Positions 26,063-35,950 of a DNA stretch of 64,000 nt are shown one piece after another. A model generated the notes under the pieces. That model had not been told where the DNA came from. It worked only from the letters and a program-made list of their open reading frames with translations, and did no database searches. How positions within the stretch are numbered: position 1 is the first letter of the stretch; every line of letters begins with the position of its first letter. A program made the position numbers and the translations under genes. The DNA lies in the NCBI GenBank assembly GCA_011772475.1, contig WVZK01000185.1:60648-124647 (forward strand), in the 5' to 3' direction. This DNA is from Candidatus Aminicenantes bacterium (GTDB lineage Bacteria; Acidobacteriota; Aminicenantia; Aminicenantales; Aminicenantaceae).

Positions 26063-27232
26063 ATGATGTTCCTGATCAATCAAGGCCAGGTTTTTGCACC
26101 AGAACCTTTGGGTATAAAAGATATTTTAATAATGGGGGACAAAATAGGTGCCATAAAAGAACCAGGCCAGATAAAGATTGAAGGATTGGATGTTCAAGTA
26201 GTCAACGCCTCAAAAAAAATTGTTATGCCGGGATTTATCGATAGCCATGTTCATATATTGGGCGGAGGCGGAGAAGGTGGACCAGCTACAAGAGCACCCG
26301 AAATAGCTATAGAAGATATCGTCTCGAGCGGGGTCACAACTGTCATCGGCTGCCTGGGAACTGATGGAACAACACGGCATATGCAATCTCTAATGGCTAA
26401 AGCAAGAGGCCTTGATGCGGAGGGAATAACAACTTATATCTATTCCGGATCCTATCAAATTCCTGTCGTAACTCTCACAGGAAGTATTCGTTCTGATCTC
26501 ATCCTCATCGACAAAGTAATCGGAGCAGGAGAAATAGCTATTTCTGATCACCGCTCTTCCCAGCCCACCTTTGCCGAAATTGCTCGTCTTGCAGCTGAAT
26601 GCCGAGTCGGGGGAATGCTCGGAGGAAAAGCGGGGATTCTCCACCTCCATATGGGCGACGGGCCTCGTAAACTAGAGATGCTTTTCAAATTAATAAAAGA
26701 AACAGAAATACCACCCACTCAAGTCATTCCAACGCACGTCAACCGCAACCCTGAATTATTAAAGGATGCGATTGAGTTTATCCTTCAAGGTGGTTATATC
26801 GACCTTACGGCAGGAGCTGATCCTGAAGCTAATGATAATGGCGGAATCAGCATAGGAGAAGCAATCAAACTGTGCCTCAAAAAGCAGGCTCCCCTCACCC
26901 GTATTACAGTTAGTTCGGACAGCAACGGAAGCATGCCTGTGTTCGACAAAAAGGGAAACCTTGTCGGCCTGACTATAGCAACCGAGAAAAGCCTCCTAGA
27001 AAATTTCCGTTTTTTGTTGCGAAAAAAAATTCTGAAATCCCAAGATGCTCTGAAGCTCTTCTCTACTAACCCTGCCACATTCTACAAACTCATCCAAAAA
27101 GGAGAGATAAAAGCCGGAAGAGATGCCGATTTAATCTTATTCGATAAAGATTTTAATCTAACAGATTCTTTTGCGAGAGGAAAGATGATGATTTCCGATG
27201 GAAAACTCCTCGCAAAAGGAACATTCTCATAA
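26063..27232 (+). CDS. iadA: Isoaspartyl dipeptidase (beta-aspartyl peptidase)
   Basis: GFIDSHVHILGGGGEGGPATRAPE matches the IadA amidohydrolase signature. The ATG at 26063 has AAGGAGG 6 nt upstream, so the TTG at 25976 was rejected. Confidence 0.85.
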   Translation: MMFLINQGQVFAPEPLGIKDILIMGDKIGAIKEPGQIKIEGLDVQVVNASKKIVMPGFIDSHVHILGGGGEGGPATRAPEIAIEDIVSSGVTTVIGCLGTDGTTRHMQSLMAKARGLDAEGITTYIYSGSYQIPVVTLTGSIRSDLILIDKVIGAGEIAISDHRSSQPTFAEIARLAAECRVGGMLGGKAGILHLHMGDGPRKLEMLFKLIKETEIPPTQVIPTHVNRNPELLKDAIEFILQGGYIDLTAGADPEANDNGGISIGEAIKLCLKKQAPLTRITVSSDSNGSMPVFDKKGNLVGLTIATEKSLLENFRFLLRKKILKSQDALKLFSTNPATFYKLIQKGEIKAGRDADLILFDKDFNLTDSFARGKMMISDGKLLAKGTFS

Positions 27233-27287
27233 GATTTTAGAACGCAAGAGTAAAGCGCAAATTTAAATTCGGATAAAAGGAAAAAAT

Positions 27288-28715
27288 ATGGAAAACGAAA
27301 TAATAAATGAAACACGAAAGAACAAAGAGCCCGGCATTGTCATTGCCTTGATCCCTCTGATCGTTATGCTCCTTCTTTTTGGGATAGGCTATGGCGTTTA
27401 TCAAATCCGGCCTCCTGTTCTCCTCATCACCGCTGCTTTTCTTACTGGGTTCATAGGGCTATTTCTTCGTTTCAAATGGCAGGTGATGCAAGAGGGAATC
27501 GTGGACAGCATCCACAAGGCCATGCCAGCCATCCTTATCATGCTCTGTGTCGGAATTCTGATCGGCTCCTGGATTGCTTCAGGTACAATTCCTATGATTA
27601 TCTACTACGGGCTTAAACTCATATCCCCGAAATATTTCCTGGTGACAGCCTGTTTTGTCTGCTCGATCACTTCTTTGGCAACCGGAACATCCTGGGGCAC
27701 TATCGGAACCTTGGGGGTTGCTTTTATTGGAATCGCAATGGGCTTAGGAATCCCCTTAGGACCGGCAGCTGGAGCGATCGTTGCCGGAGCATACTTTGGA
27801 GACAAAATGTCTCCATTTTCCGACGTTGCTAATCTGGCCCCTGTCACCGCGGGTTCGAACCTTTTTGACCATATCAAACACATGCTCTGGTCAGCGACTC
27901 CTGCATGGTTCATAGGATTAGTGATTTACTTCATAGTCGGACTCAGATACGGAGGAGGAGAAGTCGAATCCAAGGATATGGTCATTATCACTCAAACAAT
28001 AAGGGATAACTTCAACTTCAATATCCTTCTCCTCCTTCCGATGGTAATCGTTTTTTACTTTGCCTTCACCAAAAAACCAACAATCCCCGGAATGCTTCTC
28101 TCCTCTTTTATAGCAGGAATCCTAGCCATCATTTTCCAGAAGGCCTCAATAACAGATGTTGCCACAGCCATGAATACTGGCTATGTAGCACAGACAGGAG
28201 TGGAAAGGGTGGATAAACTTATAACTCAAGGCGGAATGATGAGCATGATGGAAGTTCAACTTGTGGCCTTTACAGCCTTTAGCTTCGGCGGGATTATGCA
28301 GCGCACAGGGCTTCTCTCTGTAATTCTTGGTCGCGTGATGAGATTTACCGGGAAAGTTTGGAGTTTAGTGCTGACTACCATCGGCTCTTCAATTGTAGTA
28401 GCCTTGGCCACAGGAAGCTCGTACCTCTCTATGATTCTTCCCGGAGACCTCCTTTCTCCCGTTTATAAAAAAAGAGGACTGGCTGCGAAAAATTTATCAC
28501 GGATTATCGAAGAAAGTGGTGCTATCATCGTTCCTCTTATTCCCTGGAGTATGGCTGGTGTTTACATCACAGGGGTACTTGGAGTTCCGACTCTCTCATA
28601 TGCACCCTGGGCATTTATGAACTATGTATCTGTTGTGATTTTAGCCATTTATGGTTTTACTAAGTTCACTATGGCTCCAAAAATAAGGGATGACGAGACC
28701 CAAATCGGAAGCTGA
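27288..28715 (+). CDS. nhaC: NhaC-family Na+/H+ antiporter-type transporter
   Basis: 475 aa polytopic membrane protein. GSWIASGTIPMIIYYGL and GAYFGDKMSPFSD resemble NhaC family blocks. Confidence 0.65.
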   Translation: MENEIINETRKNKEPGIVIALIPLIVMLLLFGIGYGVYQIRPPVLLITAAFLTGFIGLFLRFKWQVMQEGIVDSIHKAMPAILIMLCVGILIGSWIASGTIPMIIYYGLKLISPKYFLVTACFVCSITSLATGTSWGTIGTLGVAFIGIAMGLGIPLGPAAGAIVAGAYFGDKMSPFSDVANLAPVTAGSNLFDHIKHMLWSATPAWFIGLVIYFIVGLRYGGGEVESKDMVIITQTIRDNFNFNILLLLPMVIVFYFAFTKKPTIPGMLLSSFIAGILAIIFQKASITDVATAMNTGYVAQTGVERVDKLITQGGMMSMMEVQLVAFTAFSFGGIMQRTGLLSVILGRVMRFTGKVWSLVLTTIGSSIVVALATGSSYLSMILPGDLLSPVYKKRGLAAKNLSRIIEESGAIIVPLIPWSMAGVYITGVLGVPTLSYAPWAFMNYVSVVILAIYGFTKFTMAPKIRDDETQIGS

Positions 28716-28755
28716 TATAGACTAGAAAAAATCAGGTGCGAGAATTTTTCGCGCT

Positions 28756-29043
28756 CTAATCTTCTTTTTCAAATTCAGTTAAGGCTTTCTTAAAGCCCTC
28801 TTCAGCCTTTTTCTTCTTTTTCTTCCCCAATTCTGCAGTTGCTTCAAATTTTCGCTCAAATTCACTTTTTCTCTTCTTTTCCTTTTCCAATAACTCTTCT
28901 AATGATTCTTTTTTCTTTGCTCCCCCCTTTTTAAATTGAATCACTTGTTGGGTAATAGGATCCGCCCAGAGAACGGATTGGCAACAAGGACAGATAAATT
29001 GAAACACCTGTTTTTTTCGCTTCTCTTCATCCATTTGATACAA
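28756..29043 (-). CDS. Small protein with a CPCC motif and a Lys/Glu-rich tail, unknown function
   Basis: FICPCCQSVLWADP followed by a charged low-complexity C-terminus. The start codon is uncertain. Confidence 0.4.
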   Translation of the reverse strand: MYQMDEEKRKKQVFQFICPCCQSVLWADPITQQVIQFKKGGAKKKESLEELLEKEKKRKSEFERKFEATAELGKKKKKKAEEGFKKALTEFEKED

Positions 29044-29146
29044 ACTTTATCAAAAAAATAAAACCTAGTCTAGAGGAGCAAGCATCTAATTTTCCGGGAC
29101 GAGAAAGTAGTCATTCATGTTACAGAAGTATTTGAGGATGCTTTCT

Positions 29147-30595
29147 CTAAAGGGCGTTCTTACTTTTTATTTCGATTTTTTTCGGAACTTTTATATTGTG
29201 TTTCTTCATCAATTTAAAAAGCCCTTGCCTGCTTAAGCCTATTTCTTCTGCAGTCCTAGCTCTGTTGGAATTCCAACGGGCTAAAGCCTGGTTTAAAAAT
29301 CTTTTCTCAAATTCGGCTCTTGCCTGGAAAAAGCCATAGGAGGACGTTGTAAAGCATTCCCTTTGAGGATTTATCTTTGGAGATAGACACTCTTCTTTGA
29401 TAATATTATCTTCTCCAGCAAAGACTAAACATCTTTGAATTTCATTCTGAAGTTCTCTAACATTTCCCGGCCAAGTATAGTTCATCAACAACTCCAAAGC
29501 TCTGGGTGAAAAATATGCCCTTTCACGCTTCATCTCTGCGCAGTATTTCCCAAGAAAATGATTCAAGAAAAAAAGGAGGTCTTCCCTCCTTTCTCTGAGA
29601 GGAGGAAGTTCAACGGAAATAATCTTAAGGCGATAATACAAATCTTCACGAAAATTACCTCGCTCAATTTCTTTTTCAATATTCTTGTTAGTCGCACTTA
29701 TGAACCTCACATTAATCAATCGTGGCTTATTTTCACCAATTCTTCTTATTTCTTTTTCCTGGAGAAGTCGAAGAAGCTTAGCTTGCAGATGAGGAGAAAG
29801 ATCACCTATTTCATCCAAGAAAAAAGTCCCGCCATCTGCTTCTTCAATCAATCCAGGTTTATCTTTCACAGCCCCGCTGAAGGCTCCTTTCACATGTCCG
29901 AATAGTTCGCTCTCCAGCAGAAACTCAGGTATAGCTCCACAATTCACAGCGACAAACTTGCCATTTTTTCTTGGTCCATTCTGATGAATGGCCTTCGCCA
30001 CTAGTTCCTTGCCTGTGCCACTCTCTCCCGATATAAATACAGGAGCATCGGTATTTTTTACCCTATCTATCAAATTGAGAATATAGCGAAAAGTTTTGCT
30101 CTGTCCTCCAAGAAAAGGCTTTGCCAGCTCAGCGCTCTTTTCTCTAATCTCTCGGAACTCTTCTCGATTCTTCAAAATCAGCTTTATAGGCTTTGAGATA
30201 GCAATCACAAGCTCTAAATTCTCCTTCGTATAGGGCCCAAAACCATTATTCCGCTCGAGATATATTGCACCTGCAGGCTTATTCTCGATGATAAGAGGAA
30301 GACAAAGTACATTCTTTAGGTTATTCCCGCTGTCTAGCAAGACAGAATCTTCTCCGAAATCATTTATGATGATGGGTTGTTTTTTCTCAAGGGCATTTTT
30401 AATTATATCTGTATTGATTTCATGGTTTTCTGAATGGGCGACCTCTCGTGACTCTTTAAAAATAACCTGATTCATTTTATTCATCATAAGAACTGTGATG
30501 CGTGCTGAAGGTATCTCCCCAATTATTAAATCTAGCAATTTGGGAAGGAGTGAATATGCTAAAGATAATTTCATATTTTTTTGGGCGCAGCTCAT
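29147..30595 (-). CDS. Sigma-54-dependent transcriptional activator (GAF sensor + AAA+ + Fis HTH)
   Basis: GESGTGKE Walker A, GAFSGA (GAFTGA loop variant), RERREDL, and the C-terminal [20 protein letters not shown]. The N-terminal ~150 aa is GAF-like and there is no receiver domain. Confidence 0.9.
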   Translation of the reverse strand: MSCAQKNMKLSLAYSLLPKLLDLIIGEIPSARITVLMMNKMNQVIFKESREVAHSENHEINTDIIKNALEKKQPIIINDFGEDSVLLDSGNNLKNVLCLPLIIENKPAGAIYLERNNGFGPYTKENLELVIAISKPIKLILKNREEFREIREKSAELAKPFLGGQSKTFRYILNLIDRVKNTDAPVFISGESGTGKELVAKAIHQNGPRKNGKFVAVNCGAIPEFLLESELFGHVKGAFSGAVKDKPGLIEEADGGTFFLDEIGDLSPHLQAKLLRLLQEKEIRRIGENKPRLINVRFISATNKNIEKEIERGNFREDLYYRLKIISVELPPLRERREDLLFFLNHFLGKYCAEMKRERAYFSPRALELLMNYTWPGNVRELQNEIQRCLVFAGEDNIIKEECLSPKINPQRECFTTSSYGFFQARAEFEKRFLNQALARWNSNRARTAEEIGLSRQGLFKLMKKHNIKVPKKIEIKSKNAL

Positions 30596-30831
30596 CTCTT
30601 AACTATCTGTCATAAACAAATTTCTCAAGTGCTCAACCTTTAAAGCCTAACTGTCAGTTTTATTTTCAGTAAGGATAACGATTTCTCCGGCAAGTTTTTC
30701 TCATGAGGTATCTTGTTGAGTAGCAGCTCTGTAATATTTGTGTCTATTAATTCCCCTTGTGATACACGACGCTAAGCACAATATAGAGAATGAATTATGG
30801 TTTTTGAAGGGAAGCAGATTGACTGTTTGCG

Positions 30832-33300
30832 TTATTTATGAAGTTTCTTTTCTATGATTTTTATCTTTCCATCTATATCTTTGTATTCAGGATTCCATTT
30901 TTTGATTTCACTATAGATAGCGAAAGCTTTTTCGTTCTCTTTCATTTCTTCATATATGGAACCCAATTCATATTTTAAAGCATAGAACCAATCAGATCCC
31001 TCTTCAGTAATTTTCAAAGCCTTCTCTAACCACTTAACAGCTTCCTTAGTATCCTTTTTCTGCCTATAACAATTGCTGATCACGGTATAACATTCCACAG
31101 TTCTGCTCTTGTCTTTGGAGGCAAGTTTAAATTCCTCTATGGCTTCGTCTAACAATCCCTGCTCCAAAAAAGCAATCCCTAAATTAAACCTAAAATAGGC
31201 CTTTTTCCCGAACAACTTGGTCTCTTCCACAGAGACTTTCTCGACCCGCTGCAGAATTTCATCCACCTTAGCCTGAGGAGAGGTTTGACTGATAGACTCA
31301 ATTTTCTGATTAATCCTTTCATCATCTGGATAGCTTATCCTTAGATTCTCAAGAATTCTTCTTGCATTCCTCAACAAACCTTGTTCTACATATAAATCAG
31401 CCTGAGCTAAACTCATTTCTAACTTCTGCTCTGTTCCTTCCAAAAGATCTAACCTTCCATCCGCTTCCTTCTTCTCTTTGAGAGATATCTCCGCCTCTTT
31501 CTCTCTCTCAAGAATTTTCTCTACCGCCGTTGGCCCCATGGAAGGCTCTGCCGCTTCTTCCTCTTCTACTGGAGGAGTTTCTGCTTCTTTCGTTATTTCT
31601 ACGGGCGGCTCTGCCTCCTTGGTTACTTCCAAAGGTGCTTCAGGCTCCTTTTCTTCACTCACAGGGACCTTCAACTCCTCAGCTTCTTTTTCCACTTGGG
31701 TAGGCTCTTCAACCTCTCTTAGTTTTTCTGGTTGTAAATCCTGCTCTTCTTCCTCCCCAGGTGATATCTCAGGCTCTTTTGGCTCTTCAGGAGGTATTTC
31801 CGTTTCTATCTCTTCAGCCGCAGGCGGCTCTACTTCTACCTTTTTCCCTAAACTTACCTCAGCTTCCTCCGGCTCGGCAAGAGTCTCCTCCGCTTCTCTC
31901 TTCGCTTCTTCCAATGATATCTCCGGCTCTCTCTCATCAACCACAGGTGACTCTGCTTCAAGCGTTTTTTCCAATCGTGCTTCTGCTTCTTTCGGCTCCA
32001 CAAGAGGCTCTTCCGCTTCTTTCGTCTCACTTAAAGGCACCTCCGTCTCTTTGGCTTCTTCCAAAGGTATATCTGCTACTTTCTCTATTTCTGGAGGTCC
32101 AAATTTTTTTACGAGACGATTGTATTCATCGCTAATCTCATTATCTTTAGGACATAGCCTTACAAGCTCACTTAATACAGATAATGATTCCTTTCTCAAA
32201 TCTTTTCTGTGGTATTCTTCAAGAATGACCCGATAAACAATCTCTAAGTTCTTTGCTTGATTATTTGATTTATAAATAGAAGCCAATCCCTCAAGAGTGG
32301 GAAGGTGAGCTTTCTTTGATGAGATAATAAGGCCGAGAAGGCCAATAGCTTTATCGAAACTTTGTTGCTGTATAAAATTATTAATCATAGGTTCGTAAAG
32401 TTCAAATGCTTGATCCAGGTTATCCCTTTGAATATTGATCTGCCCTAATTTGACTTTTGCGGTAATGTCCTTGGGCCGAAGAGATATAATCTTTGAAAAT
32501 ATCTCCTCAGCCTTTTCTAAATCCTGGTCCTCAAAATAAAGATTACCCTTTTGCCTCAGAGCTTTAACATTGTCTTTATCTTTTTTCAAAATATCATCTA
32601 TAAGAGATAAAGCTTCTTTCTTTTCATCCCCTCTCTTGAGGAGATCAACCAAAATGGATAATGTTCTTTGATCATCTGGTTTAAGCTTTTTTGCCCGGTT
32701 AAGTAATTCTCGCGCATGTTTTAGGTCGTTACTACTAATCTTTATTTCAGCCGCCACGTTCAATTCTTCAACCGCCTGATCAGTTGATCCCTCCCTTGTG
32801 TACAGGTCAGCAAGGGCTAGCCTTGCGTCAGGATCTCTCCTGTCTAATTTTTTGAGTTTTTCGTACAAAAAGACAGCTCTTTTTGTTTGATTATCCCTCA
32901 CTAAATCTTTTCCAGCTTTCAAATATTCTGCCTTTGCTTCGGATGGGAATCCTTGCCTGGCATAGAGATCACCCAATTTCATGGCTGCTTCAGTGTCTTT
33001 TGGATTTAATTTATTTATCTTCTTATAAACAGCCATTGCTTGCGAGTATAAGCCCCTTTCTTCATAATGACTGGCAACCTGGGCAAGCTCCTCCAGCGCC
33101 CTTCTTTTCTGATTCATTTTCAAATACAGGTTGCTGATGATATTCCGGATATTGACCTCTTGGGAATCCCCTGTCAACAATTTCTTGTATTCAGTTATCG
33201 CTTCTGTCAACTTTCCCTTCTTGACGTATTTCTCAGCAAGTTCCCTGGTTTTTCCTCTTGTGCCTTCTCTTGTTTTTCTGCTATCTTTGGTAGGAATCAT
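30832..33300 (-). CDS. TPR-repeat protein with a central acidic Glu/Pro-rich repetitive linker
   Basis: Multiple 34-aa TPR-like units at both ends (A..Y.kal.l.P.d). The middle ~200 aa consists of KEAE.P-type repeats. Confidence 0.8.
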   Translation of the reverse strand: MIPTKDSRKTREGTRGKTRELAEKYVKKGKLTEAITEYKKLLTGDSQEVNIRNIISNLYLKMNQKRRALEELAQVASHYEERGLYSQAMAVYKKINKLNPKDTEAAMKLGDLYARQGFPSEAKAEYLKAGKDLVRDNQTKRAVFLYEKLKKLDRRDPDARLALADLYTREGSTDQAVEELNVAAEIKISSNDLKHARELLNRAKKLKPDDQRTLSILVDLLKRGDEKKEALSLIDDILKKDKDNVKALRQKGNLYFEDQDLEKAEEIFSKIISLRPKDITAKVKLGQINIQRDNLDQAFELYEPMINNFIQQQSFDKAIGLLGLIISSKKAHLPTLEGLASIYKSNNQAKNLEIVYRVILEEYHRKDLRKESLSVLSELVRLCPKDNEISDEYNRLVKKFGPPEIEKVADIPLEEAKETEVPLSETKEAEEPLVEPKEAEARLEKTLEAESPVVDEREPEISLEEAKREAEETLAEPEEAEVSLGKKVEVEPPAAEEIETEIPPEEPKEPEISPGEEEEQDLQPEKLREVEEPTQVEKEAEELKVPVSEEKEPEAPLEVTKEAEPPVEITKEAETPPVEEEEAAEPSMGPTAVEKILEREKEAEISLKEKKEADGRLDLLEGTEQKLEMSLAQADLYVEQGLLRNARRILENLRISYPDDERINQKIESISQTSPQAKVDEILQRVEKVSVEETKLFGKKAYFRFNLGIAFLEQGLLDEAIEEFKLASKDKSRTVECYTVISNCYRQKKDTKEAVKWLEKALKITEEGSDWFYALKYELGSIYEEMKENEKAFAIYSEIKKWNPEYKDIDGKIKIIEKKLHK
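31480..32130 (-). repeat. Degenerate in-frame tandem repeats encoding the E/P/K/A-rich segment of the TPR protein
   Basis: Recurring units E(A/T)KEAE(E/P)P(L/V)... such as TKEAEEPLVEPKEAEARLE, VTKEAEPPVEITKEAETPPVEEEE. Confidence 0.6.
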
Positions 33301-33301
33301 C

Positions 33302-33919
33302 TCACTTATACCTTAAATTAAAAGTAAGCCTGTGATATAATGTTGGCCCCATCTTTTTTAATGCTTTGTAGTGTTCCCTTGTTCCATACCCTTTATTTTT
33401 GGAGAGGGCGTAGCCTTCATAAATTTTATCAAGGTGGATCATCATTTCATCTCTAAGAACCTTAGCCAATATGGAGGCAGCTGCAATTGAAATGCTTTTT
33501 CTGTCACCTTGGACGATACTCCTCTGTGGATAATTTACATCATTTAGCCTAAATCCGTCAACTAGAATAAAATCTGGAGCTAGCGGCATGCTTTCAACTG
33601 CTCTTCTCATTGCGCTGAGTGAAGCCCAGAATATATTTTTTTGATCAATCTCAAAATTTGTGGCCGAGCCTACCCCTACAGAGAATGCATTGGCTAAGAT
33701 AGCTTCCGCCAGTCTCTTTCTTTTAGAGGGAGATATCACTTTAGAATCATCGATCTCTTCTATCCATCCTGATAAACGAGATCCAATCAGCAGAGGAGGA
33801 AGTATCACGGCTGCTGCCACCACAGGACCAAAAATAGCACCTCTTCCGGCCTCATCCACTCCTGCGATAGCTCTGAATCCTCTCTTTATGATTCTCTTCT
33901 CTATCTGAAAATCTGCCAT
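33302..33919 (-). CDS. rnhB: Ribonuclease HII
   Basis: AGVDEAGRGAIFGPVVAAAV and the DSK motif. Usual position downstream of rplS. Confidence 0.9.
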   Translation of the reverse strand: MADFQIEKRIIKRGFRAIAGVDEAGRGAIFGPVVAAAVILPPLLIGSRLSGWIEEIDDSKVISPSKRKRLAEAILANAFSVGVGSATNFEIDQKNIFWASLSAMRRAVESMPLAPDFILVDGFRLNDVNYPQRSIVQGDRKSISIAAASILAKVLRDEMMIHLDKIYEGYALSKNKGYGTREHYKALKKMGPTLYHRLTFNLRYK

Positions 33920-34117
33920 TTTATAAAACCTATACCGAGCAGTATGCCAAAATCTACATCGGAAGTACCAGGGAAGGATGCTTTCTTTCCAAGGATAAAA
34001 TCATGCTTGCCACTAATCCCAACCGCAAGTCAACCCTCTTCTTCCATAAGGAAAATAAGGATTATCGCTGATTTGCCCCATACAACAGTTAAAATCAATC
34101 TGTTCAGAATATCTTAT

Positions 34118-34459
34118 CTATTTTTTTTCTTTTATCCTGGCTGCTTTGCCTTTGAGCTCACGGAGATAGTATAATTTCGCTCTTTTGACTTTTCCTTGCC
34201 TAACTGCTTCAATCTTTTTGATCATCTTGGAATGGAGAGGAAAGATTCTCTCTACTCCGATGCCGAAGGAGATCTTTCGAACAGTGAAAGTTGCCCCCAA
34301 GCCAGAACCTTTTTTGGAGATTACATCTCCACGAAAAACCTGAATTCTCTCTTTATCTCCTTCTCTTATGATGACATGGACTTTAACCGTATCTCCAACC
34401 TTAAAAGAATCTGAATCCTTTCTCAGAAGCTTTTCCTCGACTGAATTAATCAGGTTCAT
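34118..34459 (-). CDS. rplS: 50S ribosomal protein L19
   Basis: [24 protein letters not shown] and conserved trmD-rplS order. Confidence 0.95.
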   Translation of the reverse strand: MNLINSVEEKLLRKDSDSFKVGDTVKVHVIIREGDKERIQVFRGDVISKKGSGLGATFTVRKISFGIGVERIFPLHSKMIKKIEAVRQGKVKRAKLYYLRELKGKAARIKEKK

Positions 34460-35198
34460 CGTTTTTTCCTTTCTTTTCTGTTTTTATCTCTTCCAGGATC
34501 TGTTTCTCCTCTGCTGATAATTTTCGACTCTCCAGAAGATCTGGTCTTTGCTGCCACGTCTTTTCTAAAGATTTTTTTCGCCTCCAAGAACTAATCTTAC
34601 TGTGGTCTCCGGAGAATAGAACGTCGGGAACTTCCATGCCTCTAAAATTGCGAGGGCGCGTATATTGAGGAAATTCCAATAAGCCCTCATAAAAAGAATC
34701 GCTTTTAACTGATTCCACGTTTCCTACAACTTGAGGAATGAATCTCGAAATCCCGTCTACGACAACAATAGCTGCGGGCTCGCCTCCTGTGAGAATATAG
34801 TCTCCGATTGAAATCTCGCCCGTCACTAAATATTGAATCACTCTTTCGTCGACTCCTTCATAACGACCACAGATGAGAATGACTTGAGGATGTTGCGCTA
34901 ATTCCTCAGCAAAACGAAAATCAAATTTCTTTCCTTGAGGAGAAAGAAGGTATACAGGTGTTTTCTCTTCCCGTTTAATTTTCTCTACAGCAGCAAAAAT
35001 AGGCTCTGACTTAAGAACCATTCCCTGGCCACCACCGAAAGGACGATCATCTATCTGCTTGTGCTTATCGGAGGTGAAATCTCTCAGATTATGAATATGA
35101 ACTTCTATTAATCCCTTATCCAGGGCCTTCTTTATAACTCCTTTGGAGAATACACTCCCGAACATATCGGGAAAGATAGTGATTATATCAAATCTCAT
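34446..35198 (-). CDS. trmD: tRNA (guanine37-N1)-methyltransferase
   Basis: [13 protein letters not shown] start, [20 protein letters not shown]. The ATG at 35198 overlaps the rimM stop as ATGAGATTTGA. Confidence 0.95.
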   Translation of the reverse strand: MRFDIITIFPDMFGSVFSKGVIKKALDKGLIEVHIHNLRDFTSDKHKQIDDRPFGGGQGMVLKSEPIFAAVEKIKREEKTPVYLLSPQGKKFDFRFAEELAQHPQVILICGRYEGVDERVIQYLVTGEISIGDYILTGGEPAAIVVVDGISRFIPQVVGNVESVKSDSFYEGLLEFPQYTRPRNFRGMEVPDVLFSGDHSKISSWRRKKSLEKTWQQRPDLLESRKLSAEEKQILEEIKTEKKGKNDEPD

Positions 35199-35695
35199 CC
35201 AACTCTGAAAGACCCTCGGGCAGGTCGGCAACGATTTCCTTTCGCTTCAAGTTGACCTTTAAGCATATGGGCTTTGTGAAGGGTACAAGAATTTCTCTCT
35301 TTCCTTTCTTGACAACCAAAAGATCATTTTCTTTTATGCACAAAAGATCTTTAACTCTTCCGATTTTTTCTCCTTTTTTTGTGACAACAGAACACCCGAT
35401 TATCTGGAAAAAATAGTATTTGCCTTTTTCTAGAGTTCGGAGGTCTTCTTCTGGGAGCAGGAGTTCCTGTCCCGTTAACTCACGAGCCAGAGGAAGAGAG
35501 TCAATTCCCTTCAGCTTGAGAATGTAGAACTCTTTATAAGGGCGGCAGGATTCAACTTGAAACTCTTCTAGAGCTCCCTCTTTTTCCAGAAATACCCTTG
35601 AAAAAAAAAGGCTTCAGAGGGTGCTCAGGATAGGGCTTAATCCTTAGTTCGCCCTTCTTTCCCTGGCTCCTTATAATTTTTCCTATGCTGACCAA
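35188..35695 (-). pseudogene. rimM: rimM (16S rRNA processing protein) interrupted by a +1 frameshift in a T9 (A9 on the + strand) homopolymer at 35601-35609
   Basis: Frame A from the TTG at 35695 reads MVSIGKIIRSQGKKGELRIKPYPEHPLKPFFF and then stops after 47 codons. Frame B continues VFLEKEGALEEFQVE...YYFFQIIGCSVVTKKGEKIGRVKDLL...LVPFTKPICLKVNLKRKEIVADLPEGL (PRC barrel) to the TGA at 35188. Total length 508 nt = 3n+1. Confidence 0.8.
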
Positions 35696-35696
35696 G

Positions 35697-35933
35697 CTAC
35701 CCTTTTTCGATTATTTCGAGATTGAATCTCCTTTTCAGTTTCATCCCAGCAGCACCAAGAATAATTCTTATGGCCCGTGCTGTTCTTCCCTGTTTGCCGA
35801 TAACCTTGCCCAAATCGTCCGGAGCAACCTTGAGTTCCAGGATCGTGGTCTGTTCCCCCTCTAACTGGGAAACCTGCACCTTGTCCGGACTGTCAACTAA
35901 TGATTTGGCAATCAATTCAACGAGTTCTTTCAC
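35697..35933 (-). CDS. KH-domain RNA-binding protein (UPF0109/YlqC family)
   Basis: [24 protein letters not shown] (GxxG KH motif). Canonical position between rpsP and rimM. Confidence 0.85.
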   Translation of the reverse strand: MKELVELIAKSLVDSPDKVQVSQLEGEQTTILELKVAPDDLGKVIGKQGRTARAIRIILGAAGMKLKRRFNLEIIEKG

Positions 35934-35950
35934 TGTAACCTCCTTTAAGT

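Noticed and set aside
27851-27861. tRNA T-arm-like GGGTTCGAACC
   Set aside because: It lies inside the NhaC-family CDS. No acceptor, D-arm or anticodon-arm complementarity could be found around it.
29078-29097. Weak GG-N10-GC match upstream of the small CPCC protein gene
   Set aside because: Only the invariant dinucleotides match (CGGAAA / ATGCT against TGGCAC / TTGCW). This is not enough to call a sigma-54 promoter. It is mentioned only in the related finding.
31478-32236. 252-aa Ser-rich ORF (and a nested 124-aa ORF) on the + strand
   Set aside because: It is the antisense shadow of the GAA/GAG/CCx-rich repeat block of the TPR gene. It is low-complexity, has no RBS and lies entirely inside a well-supported CDS.
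33944-34174. 76-aa + strand ORF filling the rnhB-rplS spacer
   Set aside because: It is opposite in orientation to the surrounding operon. It has no RBS and a low-complexity hydrophobic tail, and it overlaps the rplS 3' end.
35199-35231. Upstream extensions of the track ORFs for trmD (35231), rpsP (36280), trpS (10887), iadA (25976), cutA (49858) and the MauE-like gene (55712)
   Set aside because: The extensions have no similarity to the respective families and overlap the neighbouring genes. Internal starts with good RBS or stop-start coupling give canonical protein lengths.
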